DNA of 64,000 bases from Batkoa obscura (lineage: Eukaryota): assembly GCA_030770535.1 (NCBI GenBank), contig JASVEC010000003.1:372001-436000 (forward strand), read 5' to 3'. The position numbers and the translations under genes were made by a program. A model generated the notes under the pieces. That model was not told the DNA's origin and did no database searches. It worked only from the letters and a program-made list of their open reading frames with translations. Each line of letters opens with the position of its first letter. The first letter of the stretch is position 1. This document shows positions 14,798 through 26,047 of this stretch, piece after piece.

Positions 14798-15212
14798 ACG
14801 ATTTATTAAATATTGTCTTAACTTTTATTGTCATTGAATGTAGTATTTTGTTACTATCTGTATTATAAATTAACATAAAATCCGATAGATTAAACCACCA
14901 ACTTAAATCAGAGCTAAATTTCAGTAATAAAAGACATCTTTTTTGAATTTTATTTTATTTTATTTTTAATATCTGTTCTTCTACCCTATGCTTATTACCT
15001 TGGGCTTTAAATAATTTGGTTTATTATGGTAACTAGCAGTAACATTTAGGATAATAAATCAATTTAAAATCAAGTCTCAAATTTAGCCTATAATTTCTAT
15101 TTTCATTTCTAATAGTGTTCCAAAATTTAAAAACAGTTCATGTCATCACTCAAACCAAATTGACCTATAAATAAAAGCATTACAAATTTCATTAAACTAA
15201 TTTTAAAATAAA

Positions 15213-16399
15213 ATGACTATCCAAGAAATCCAAGATCCCAAAGCAGTTACTATTCAATATAAGAATGTAACAGCACAAATTGATTTATTTGGTGCTACCG
15301 TTACCTCATGGAAAATTGATGGTGAAGAATTGATGTTTGTTAGGTAAGGATGACATTCATTTTAATGAAACTAAATTTACATTAAACAATTAGCTCCAAA
15401 TCCAAAAGAGATGGTAGCAAAGCCGTTCGTGGTGGGTAAGTTTTAAAAAACAAATATTGTTTCAAAACAGACTTTGATTCTTTTTAAAGTATTCCTATTG
15501 TGTTCCCTCAATTTGGTAAAGAAAAAGCACCAAACCCAGCTCACGCTTTACCACAACATGGTAAGAATTTAATAACTTCATATGAAAACAGTTAATTAAA
15601 ATTTATTTAGGCTTTGCCCGTTCCTTTTATTGGAAGCACTTAAAAGAGGAAGGAGTTGAAGATGATAGTGGTGTTACTGTACACTTTGGTAAGTTTATTT
15701 ATATTTATGAATAGATATCATTTTATCAAGAGATTAAATTGATCAGGTCTTACCCATGAAGACATTTCTAAAGAAGTGTTTGATCTCTGGCCATTTAAAT
15801 TTGAGTTGAAATACTCAGTTACTATTACTGAAAAAGAGCTAAAAACTTTTGTTCAAGTTAAGAATTTAAATACTGATAAAGAGTTGACTTTAACTCCTTT
15901 ACTTCACACTTATTTTGACGTTGAGGTAAGGATTTAATTAATTTAATTTAATGTGAAAATGATGAATTTTTAGGACATTGCTAATGTAAAAGTAGAAGGT
16001 TTAAAAGGTTTAGATTATTATAATAAAGTATTAGATAAAAATGAAACTCAGCAAGACGACCATATAACTGTCAACCAAGAAGTTGACCGTGTCTATGGAA
16101 ATAAGAACGATGATTTGTTAAAGCTTTATAAAAATGAAAAATCTTATTTCACTTTCGTAACGGTCAATTTACCAGACGTTGGTAAGTTTAATAATTTGAT
16201 ATAAAATTTTATTTATTAGTGAAAATTAGTTGTATGGAACCCATGGATTAAGAATGCTAAAGCAATGAGTGATATGCATGATGAAGAGTACCATAAATTT
16301 GTCTGTGTTGAATTGGGCCACGTAAAGGAACCTATAAAAGTTACTCCAGCCCCATCTATCAATTATCTTTATGGCCAGATTATAACCTATCATCCTTAA
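15213..16399 (+). CDS. Glucose-6-phosphate 1-epimerase (galactose mutarotase-like, YMR099C family)
   Basis: Not in the ORF track because of many short exons. Hand splicing gives LFGATVTSWK, KAVRGGIPIVFPQFG, LPQHGFAR, LLHTYF, EVDRVY, VVWNPW and FVCVE. Confidence 0.95.
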
Positions 16400-16457
16400 A
16401 GCAAATAAAATAATATAATAAACAAAGTTTGAAATTTTAAAATAATTAGCTAAGAGT

Positions 16458-17783
16458 TTAATTTAAAATAGTATGTGGATAAGTTGCTTTCAAAATATTA
16501 ATAGCTTTTAAAAATATTTGGTTACTATTTTTACCAAACTTTTCTAAGGTATGATAAAATGATAGGCTTAATGTTTGCATCCTAGAAATTGGTACATTTT
16601 CTCCCCATATTTCAACAATCTGAGGGCAAGTTTCTGGTAAATGTGGTGGAAATTTTGTATTTGTAGTAAGTGCAACCTTATTCGCTTTTGCCAACCTATT
16701 AATATTGGCATTACCACAAGACTTGAGAATGCTTCCCAATATCCAAAGATATTGATTGCTCTTTACTCGATTTTCTTTGTCTTCTAAATTCTCATCTTGA
16801 TTATACACCCTCTTAATTTTTTCCAACGTTTTTAGCCCAACATCATACGTGGACTCATTTTCGTCTTTAAAATCATAAGGTGGGCTCACTGGTGTTCTCA
16901 TAGCAACAAATATAGCTTTAATAGCAAGATTAAATTCCTCTTCCTTTCCTTTTAATTGAATATCCATGGCATCCCATTTAGAGTTAACTATAAAATCCAT
17001 CAGATCTTTTGGTACTCCCGTTGGAGCTTCATTCCTTTCTACTTCATACCAAGGTTTAGTAACTTCTTTATAATTAAAATCATCAAAAACAATTCCAGAG
17101 CCATCATGATCATTTTGCCTAAAGTACATTTGTCGTTTAAGCGGAGTGACTGCATTCATCCTTGTATAATCATGAAGAGGACTTATAATATTGTTTTTTT
17201 GATCTGGGCTATCTAAAATATTCATGCTTTCATCGTAATCTCTACTTTGCATATTTCGACTGTCATTGAATGAAGTTTGGAGCATTGACATTTGTTCATT
17301 AACAAAACTTTGATTGACCGAACCTGAATTATCCGTTCGATTCCCAAGTGATCTTTGAACATTAAGTATATTGTGTACATTGGGAGTTCTGTGCTTAACA
17401 TCCCCCCTAGCAATGTAATTCATAAGTTGGCCCTGTGTATATTTGCTAGGATCTCTTAGGGCTGATATTACACTATTCACTAAAATAATTGACATCTCGT
17501 CCATGGCTTCTTGGCTTTTTGTAGTAGCTGAGCTGTAAATTGAACTGGTTAAAGGATTATCATAACTTCCGGTCGCTATATATCTAAACCAAGAGAAACC
17601 AAACATGATTACAGAGTTAGGTAAAAGCAATATAGATTGTAAACCTTCTCCTTTATACTTTTCTATTTTATAAATATCTCCCTCCTTAAGATTGCCTCTT
17701 CTAAAACGGATTCCTATGTCTCGATCGTAATCATCACACGGCTTGCGTTGCCATTCTATTACCGAGGATATGGTATGATTCAT
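16458..17783 (-). CDS. Intronless hypothetical protein, 441 aa
   Basis: A long uninterrupted ORF with coding-like composition in very AT-rich DNA. No family recognised. Confidence 0.8.
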   Translation of the reverse strand: MNHTISSVIEWQRKPCDDYDRDIGIRFRRGNLKEGDIYKIEKYKGEGLQSILLLPNSVIMFGFSWFRYIATGSYDNPLTSSIYSSATTKSQEAMDEMSIILVNSVISALRDPSKYTQGQLMNYIARGDVKHRTPNVHNILNVQRSLGNRTDNSGSVNQSFVNEQMSMLQTSFNDSRNMQSRDYDESMNILDSPDQKNNIISPLHDYTRMNAVTPLKRQMYFRQNDHDGSGIVFDDFNYKEVTKPWYEVERNEAPTGVPKDLMDFIVNSKWDAMDIQLKGKEEEFNLAIKAIFVAMRTPVSPPYDFKDENESTYDVGLKTLEKIKRVYNQDENLEDKENRVKSNQYLWILGSILKSCGNANINRLAKANKVALTTNTKFPPHLPETCPQIVEIWGENVPISRMQTLSLSFYHTLEKFGKNSNQIFLKAINILKATYPHTILN

Positions 17784-18620
17784 TTTATAACTTTGAATTT
17801 TTAAAATAGAAAGTTAGAATTTTGAGTTTGATGGAATAAAAAGTTGTCAATAAATTTTATAATTGGCTGGTCATCAAACTTCCAATGTTGTGTAAACAGA
17901 ACAAGTTATCATTGGCCTGGCTCTATGGCTATTTTTACTGGATGATTATACTCAAAAAGTCGCGTTCTGCAATAGCCCAATCAGAGTTTATATTCATATT
18001 TGAGCTTATAGACGTGTTTTTGTTAAAGCATGCTGCCTAAAAAGTGGACAAATTATAAAAGAAAGAATACATTTTTACAATATTTTGACTACAAGACAGT
18101 TGATTAACAAACATAAATAAAAATAGTTTTAATTTAAATTATATCAACAAGTCAAGCATAAAGTAGGTTATAATCAAGTAAGTATATAAGACGATAATGT
18201 GCTTGTCTATAGCTCATATAAATTTAACAATTAAACATTCAATTTTTTTAATGAAAAATGATATTAAAGTTAAAAACTCATTGTATATTTAATATGCATA
18301 AATTAATACAAAGTATTTATGTTATCGAATATTAAAATTAAATAAATGATTTTAACCCTTTAAAATAATACAAATTAATAATGACATTAAACTGTCAACC
18401 TTACCAGAAGGTTTAATAATACCGAGAGAATATTTTAATATCAACATCTCTCCAATAAAACACAAATTATAAACTAAATTTCCGCGAAAATGACATCACC
18501 CTTAATTTTGCCAACACATCAAAATTAAATCAAAATCAAAACCAACTGATTTTTAAACATTTAAAACCAAAGTCAAAATCAATAAACAACAAAACAATAA
18601 TAAAAGAAAGTCGAGCGACA

Positions 18621-19309
18621 ATGTATCAACTCAAATGGCTTAAACAAAACTCAGAAAAGGCAGAGATTAACGATGGTGGCGATACTTTAAAGCTAACCAG
18701 TAGAGCTAAGAGTGATTTTTGGATTACACCAACACGTAGAGTATTAGATGGTAGTTTTGGTTATGAAGAAGTTACTGGAGACTTTGTAGCTCAAGCTCAC
18801 TTTATTGGTGAATATCATTCCCAATATGATCAAGCTGGTTTAATGATTTATTTAAATGATGAGCATTGGCTTAAGGCTGGTATTGAAATGATTAATGATA
18901 GACAATATGTTAGGTAAGTAGTAATTTTTTTATATTAATGCAATAATTGAAGCTTTGTGAAATCGAACTAGCGAAATTTAACTAATGAAAACTTATTAGC
19001 TCTGTACTCACAACCCCATACAGCGATTGGTCAGTAGTACCTACCAACTTATACAAGGAAGGTAAACAGAGAGATGGTATCACATTAAGGGTAGAAAAGA
19101 AGGGTAGCAAGGTATTAATTGATTATTATTTTGACTCCCAAATAGACGATAGTAACCCTGAAGGATTACCTTGGGTAATGGCACGTAAAATTACTTGCTT
19201 TTTACCAGATGCAAATCAAGCTTTGAAGGTTGGTTTAATGACCGCTTCCCCACAATCTGAAACTGGGTTTAGTACTACGTTCTCTAGTTTTAACATTTTT
19301 AAACATTAA
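18621..19309 (+). CDS. DUF1349 / Ree1-like concanavalin-fold protein
   Basis: KSDFW, YHSQYDQAGLMI and HWLKAGIE, then after one intron YSDWS...VGLMTASP. Confidence 0.88.
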
Positions 19310-19807
19310 ATTATGGCTTTGAGGCTTTGAAATTGTATTTTAGAGTGTAAGTTTTATTTTGTTATTTTAAGAGTCCGTGACTTGGTTTACATTAGTACAT
19401 CAAAATTATATATTTAAATTACTACATCAATATTACTTTATTTAAGTTGACAGTTATATATATGTTAAATTGCAAGAGGTACTTAAATATGTATATAAGG
19501 CACAAAACTTATTTTTACAGCTCTGATTTATTAGTATATTAGTATCATAATTGAACCCTTCCTTAAACACTTCTTAAAATAGTACAATAAATGCTTATAC
19601 TATCTTTTATGTAAATTTATTAGTAGATAATTAAATATCAAATGACTTCTGGGAACCAAAATCTCTAACTCAAATCCAAGTTAAAAAGGCTAAGGCTCAA
19701 GTTTTATAAAATAGTTATAATAAACCTGTGTAGTATATAAAGCGTTCTTCATACACATGAAAGTTAAATTCATATCACTTTATAAATCAAATCAATTTTT
19801 TATTAAG

Positions 19808-21353
19808 TTAACAAAATTTTTCCAATCCTGTATAAACTGCTTTGCTGCTATTGTTGCTTAAAACTCCATCTTCAAACAACCCTTCTACCAATTGATTGGC
19901 ATATAAAATACAATCATTAATAGCTACTCCATTATAAGATGCACCTAACAAAAATAGTTTATTGGAATATTTGTATGCTATTTTATCACTTAAGCTTTTC
20001 ATTCTTAAATGGTGGTCAACCTGATATTGAGGAATACAATTATACTGCAAAGTAATATTGTACTGATTTGGAGTATCAGTGATATTCAGCTGATCCTTAA
20101 TTACTTGCTTAGCTTTAGAAAGTATAAGTTCCTCTGTAGGCTTATCTCCAAATCTATCCTTAAAGCTGGGTCCACCCATCATAAGGGTAATATTGGTTTT
20201 ATTTTCTGAGAGGGAAGGGAAAGGGCAAGAATCGTATACTACGCCTATAGCATCGCTATTTGGTACACTCTTTGGTACAAGGTATCCAAAGCCGTGGAAT
20301 GGCATCACGTTATTTTCAAATAACATATTTACTACGGCTACGTTGCTACTTGGGTTATAAGTTAATTCGTTCAAATCATTATTCTTTAATAAACCATATA
20401 ATTTATCGCTTGGTATGCAGCTTATAATATGATCTGCTTTAATGGTGTTATTATCTAGCTTTATGTTACATTCTTGATCATTTATATTAATGTCGTTTAT
20501 ATTACTATTATAAGCTATATTAAAACCTTTAAAATTATTTAACTCTCTTAATAACTTTATGGACAGCTGTTCAATACCACCGTCAAAAGAATACATTGAA
20601 CAAGATTTGTAAATACTAAATAACCTATCGTCTTTTTCTTTTAACTGTAACAACTTATTATCTATCTCTGTTTGGCCTGAACTTACCATATCATTAAGAA
20701 TACCCAATACAATAGAACCGTATTTCAACTCATAATCTTTTAAAATTTTAAAAGTATTAGTAATACTTAAATCTTTAGTATCCCCTGCATAGATACCGTG
20801 TACCATAGCTGAGATCAAGTTATTAGCAATGTCTTTGTTAAACCTACGTGTTATAAACTCCTCGATACTTTCATCTTTTTCTACTTTTTTTTGAAATATT
20901 TCTTTGATCGCTGCTGATACCAATCCTCTCAATAAAGGCGATTTGTCCGTAAGCATACCCACAATACTACTAGGTAACTGATGTAACTTATTTTGATAAT
21001 AAATGAATCGATTTTTTGATGCTGGTTCTTTTTTATCAACTGGTAATATACTATCTGTTAACTGAAGTTGATGGACCTGAATAATGGGACTTTAGTTAAT
21101 TCTCAAATTTAAATATCATTCAATAAATCTTTACCAAGTTTAAAGTAGCTAGCCCAGGCAATCCTTGAGGCCTTAAAGAACGTGGACCACACTCAAATAC
21201 TACTGAGTTGAGTTTTTTTGACTCTAACCAACCCCCAGCTCTATTTGATTTCTCTAATAATGTAACTGCTAAATTTTTGTTTTTTCTTAGCAGCTTATAT
21301 GCTGTCGTTAACCCACTTATTCCCCCACCTAACACGACTACTTTTTTACTCAT
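19808..21353 (-). CDS. HEM14: Protoporphyrinogen oxidase
   Basis: VVLGGGISGL FAD motif, FECGPRSLRP, GIYAGD, GFGYLVP, CIPQY and GVAINDCI; one intron. Confidence 0.96.
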
Positions 21354-21993
21354 TTTATTGATAAAATGATAAATCGATCTTTTGTGAATTTTTTTAAAAG
21401 TTGGTTTTATTGGTTGTGTAAATATTAGGGATGATCTAATGGGAGTATTTTGAATTCATTAACATTGCCTATATCATTTATGAAATTAAGTTTTAAGGAG
21501 GAAAATTATTTTTGAAGTAAAAAGACAGTGCTATTGTTAAAAGGAGATTCCATTGAATTTTGTAATCAATTTCCAGATCAACTATTTCACTTAAAGCTTT
21601 ATATGTTTAAAAACTATAGATTATACTACAGATTTACGTATACGCAATAGTCGTACTATCACTATAGATTCTCATTTATGGCCATAGAGTTTTTTTTAAT
21701 AATATTGTAATTTACCTAAGAAATGTGTTTGTTTCATTTAATTACTAAACAATTAATTTAACACTAACAATTTGTCATTAATTTTACTGAAATAGTAATA
21801 TTAGAATTTAGCCCTGACCAATCAATTATTTATCTAATAATTTGTGTTACAAATCTTCGGATTAATCAAAGTAATCCAATTAAAATTCTAAAACATAAAA
21901 TGAAAAAAAGGATAATATAATATAGCAGCTACTATTAATAAGCAACAATCATTTTAAATTTTTCATTTTTATAACTTAACTACATATCTCAAA

Positions 21994-23583
21994 ATGAAGC
22001 AAGACAAACTGGATGGTATAGATGTGGAGTTAGACAGTGTAAGTTACAAAAAGAGTGATATAATAGCAAAAGTTTCTCTTTACATCATCTTTTTCCTTCA
22101 GGGATTGGGTACCGTGTTACCTTGGAATGGTATTTTAATTTCTAATTTTTAGAATCAAACATGCTTATTGGAATTTACAGTATTAATCACAGCCTCTGAT
22201 TTTTTCAAATATATATACACTGGTTCCAATTACAACAATAACTTTCAAAATTATTTTTCAGTCATCTTTATGGCAGTACAACTCATCTTTTTAGTCCCAG
22301 CAATTATTACTCAAAGAAAAGTAAATCAATACATCAAATCTATCTAATTAAACTGATTGTTCATAAACTAGGGCTTTCTTTTCAACAGAATACTAATCAA
22401 TCTCATCACAACTTCCGTTCTATTTGCTTTCCTATTAACCTTTCCATTTCTAAATCTAGGCCCAAACACAATGTTTGGTTTAACTATGATTCCGTTAATC
22501 CTTTATGGTGTAGCAGGCGTATTCGCAATTACGGATGTTTATGGCTTAGCTTCCATATTTCCACCAATTTATATACAAGGGGTTATGAGGTAATATATTA
22601 TCGTTTTTAATAGAAGTTAAATTAACTTAGTCTTTTAGTGGTCAAGGTATAACTCAAATATAATATTTGATTTAAAAACCTAATTATTTTTAGCTATTGG
22701 AGGAGTTGCAGTAGCTTTATTTCAATTAATTATTTCTTATACTGGGTTAAATAACCCAAATGTTAGCCCAGATTCCGTGATTGAGAGAGGAAAGGTTTAT
22801 TTTGGAGTGGCTTTGACAATCTCAATTATAAATATAATTTCGTTGCTGCTATTGCCAAAGGTAAGTAATCAAATTAAAAGTAAAATATTACCTCATTTAT
22901 TTATATATTAAAAATATTAGGTTTCTATATACCAACATTACTACTTAAAAGGAAGCAATAAAGAAGGTACCACGGCTTTAAATAAAAGCAGCTTAAGAAT
23001 AAAATTAAAGGCAATATCAGCTGCTTTTAAAAAAGTTTGGATATTAGCTATATCAGTGATGTTAGTGTTCTTAGTAACCTTATCCATATTTCCTTCAATA
23101 ACAGCCGCTATCACAACCTCACAACCGGATTCCAGTTTGATTTATAAGTCTTTATTTGTATCCATTCATTTTGTAGTTTACAATGTAGGTGATTTAGTAG
23201 GTCGATTAATTTTAGGGATAAACATATTACGACCTAAAAGAAGTTATACAATCTTATTATTAAGTTTATTAAGATTTGTCTTCTTCTTTTTGTTTTTAAC
23301 AAACAATATCGATCTTGGAAACGAAGTCTTAAATTCAAAACTGTATCATTTATTTAATAATGATTCCCTTTATTTCTTTTTTATCTTTATATTCGCTGTA
23401 TCTTCTGGTTACCTGGGATCGGGTTCTATGGTATTAGCACCTTCACTTGTAGAAGATCCAGAATCAATACCTCATGTTGGTAATGTTATGGCATTCTCAT
23501 TAACTATGGGTTTAGCACTTGGATCTTTCTTGTCTTTTGGATTAAGGGCTACCATTTGCCAATGTAATTCATTTATGGAATAG
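21994..23583 (+). CDS. Equilibrative nucleoside transporter (ENT/SLC29, FUN26-like)
   Basis: GLGTVLPWN, FPPIYIQGVMSGQAIGG, VTLSIFPSIT, YNVGDLVGR, SSGYLGS and GLALGS; multiple hydrophobic segments; several introns. Confidence 0.93.
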
Positions 23584-24011
23584 TAAGTTTTATTTCAGGA
23601 ACAAAAGTTCATTGTAAAAAATTGTGGCTTATGGCTTGTTTAATAAATCTTTCCAATTTTTGTTATATAAGGTAGTTCTTTTGTTTTATAGATCTCGAGA
23701 CACCACATTTGATTAAAATGTTCTAGATACATCGCTTGGTTATGAAATTATATACAATAGTAAATTGAGCTGCTTTTATTGTATATCTACAAATTTTACG
23801 CTTATCAGACCATTTTTTAATTACCTCAAGTTAATACTTTCTTGCATTATATTTTACCATTGTTATTTGTTTTTCTATACTTTATGTATAAGTAGTTGTA
23901 AATATCGTAAATTTTAGAAGATAAATAAAAGGTTGAAACATCTAATTCTAAAGTTATAAAGTATTCATAAAAGCAAAACACCACATTTTAAAGATTTTTT
24001 AATTCTTTATC

Positions 24012-24452
24012 TCATAAATTACTATGAATGTATAGACAGTCGTCATGTTTATCGCTAAATATACTATTTTTAATAAATCTAAGCTCTTCTTCTTGGTCAA
24101 ATTCCTTACTTCCGCCTTCTATTAGCCACAGTTCACTGAAATGACATTTAAATTGGATCTCATCAATTTCATCATTTTCATTTAGAAAGTGAGCAATCAC
24201 TTGTAGTGATCCGTTACTAAATGTTTCTTCGTTAGCAATATAGATAACAAAGCATTTTTCACCTTCTGACTCCATGTCTTTAACACATATTTCTTTATTT
24301 TGGTTAATGAATTTAGGATCGTCTACATAATAATGCAGTACTTCTTGATATATTGAATCATGCAACTTAATGGAGTGTTTTATATTTGATTTTAATTTTT
24401 CCCAATCTTTAAGGTCATACGAATATATAAGATAGCATGCACCAGAAGACAT
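24012..24452 (-). CDS. Hypothetical 146-aa protein, possibly DUF6924-like
   Basis: Intronless ORF with motifs W..L, YVDDPKF, YIANEETF and FKCHFSELWLIE, which recall DUF6924 from memory. Confidence 0.55.
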   Translation of the reverse strand: MSSGACYLIYSYDLKDWEKLKSNIKHSIKLHDSIYQEVLHYYVDDPKFINQNKEICVKDMESEGEKCFVIYIANEETFSNGSLQVIAHFLNENDEIDEIQFKCHFSELWLIEGGSKEFDQEEELRFIKNSIFSDKHDDCLYIHSNL

Positions 24453-24599
24453 TACTAAATTATAAAAATATTTTTTTTCAAAAATGAAATATTCTTTTTT
24501 TGTGGAATTTTAATTCCTTATAACATCAAACTGTATTATATCAAATTTCAACAAAATTATATTTTAAATCTCTCAATAAAAAAATATCTAAGAATACGA

Positions 24600-25560
24600 T
24601 TATTCCAAAAGGATCCTCATAAACTATTAAACGCATAAAATGCAGAATATTAAAACCTTCAATAACAATAGTCTTCAGGTCTCTAGCTCCGGTTCATCAG
24701 CTCAACGGAATCAGTTTTCAAAAGAAGGATGATGTTGCATAAACTGTTCTAACATGGTGACAATTATCGAGAGATTGTAAACATCATTTGAGGATGTACT
24801 TTTTTGTTTAAGAATTTTACTAACAATATTTCTGTTCAAATAGCGCTTAAAAATAGAAAAAGTGATGAAACCAAAAAATACCTCCATTCATAAAGAATTT
24901 GTTATAAATGATTGTCCATTTTCTATTTGTTATGACTTTCATAAGATCCAAAATTGGTGTAGAAATGATAGTTGCCTTCAACTTGGGGAATATTTAGAAT
25001 CTTTTAATCTTGTTTGGAATATACATTGAGTCCATGGGATATCTAAACAAATTATAGTCGGTTTTAATAATAAGGAAGATAGAAAAGGATGCTAAATCAA
25101 TCCCCTGCTTTTATATATCAAGATATTAAAACTCTACTTAAACGGGTATTTGAAGAAATACCAAATTAATTAAAGTTAATATCATTAGCTTACAGTATTA
25201 GTCCAATAAAGTACATCCTGGAATCAATAGCCCTGAACAAATAAAGGATTATTTTAATGATTTGGCGGAATTTACTGAACCTCGTGTTTCTTGTTCCCCT
25301 CTTTATTATGAATCTGTACCTAATTACTGTGATGAATTGATTACATACTATCGCCCTTCCAAGAAATTCATTAATGCTGATTTTAATCAACTCCCTGGTA
25401 ACCCATTGGTATTAGGTAAAAAATTATCTTGTCATTGGGGAAGCGCTATTTTATTTTGTAGTTGTTGTCATAAAAAAGGACATATAAGAGCAAACTGCTT
25501 CCACTTATATAGATGTCAAAGTCTTTTTTTATTGTTAATGTTTATGTCTATAATATAATA
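24600..25560 (+). mobile_element. Decayed retroelement gag/ORF1 relic with a CCHC zinc knuckle
   Basis: CSCCHKKGHIRANC matches C-x2-C-x4-H-x4-C. Upstream frames are broken by stops and by an inserted 100-bp repeat. Boundaries are approximate. Confidence 0.6.
24788..24887 (+). mobile_element. MITE-like ~100-bp family, copy 1
   Basis: GAGGATGTA...TTTAAGAATTTTACT...TAGCGCTTAAAA...AAAAAGTGATGAAACCAAAAAATACCTCC. Confidence 0.85.
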
Positions 25561-25859
25561 GATTTTACATCTTTTCCTATAAGTTAACACTTCCAAATAT
25601 TTTATCCTTTTTTAAATAATAAGTTAACAATGTAAATATAGTCTTCATCTCTAATATAGGGTAAAAGAAAACCTTGTGAAACTTTTAAAAATCCTTCCCA
25701 TTAAAGTTTTATAGCTTATTTCCTACAGACTATAATATCCAAAACAACATTAAATCTACTTCGGGCTATAAGCTCTTAAAATCATTCTGGATGGATTTTG
25801 AAAGGCATAATAGAGCTTTCTCTATACTCTCACCTGATTTTACGTTGTCGAACAAAGCT

Positions 25860-25961
25860 ATAGGGATGCATTTTTATGTTTAAGAATTTTACTACCAATT
25901 TTTCCACTTAGATAGTGCTTAAAAGATATAAAAAATAATGAAGCTAAAAAAATACCCCCAT
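25860..25961 (+). mobile_element. MITE-like ~100-bp family, copy 2
   Basis: Aligns end to end by eye with the other copies. Confidence 0.85.
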
Positions 25962-26047
25962 ATATGTTTAAAAATTTGATAAATAATTGAAATATAATTT
26001 ATAATTAAAATTAATAAATGATACAATACAATATTTATTTAAAAAAT

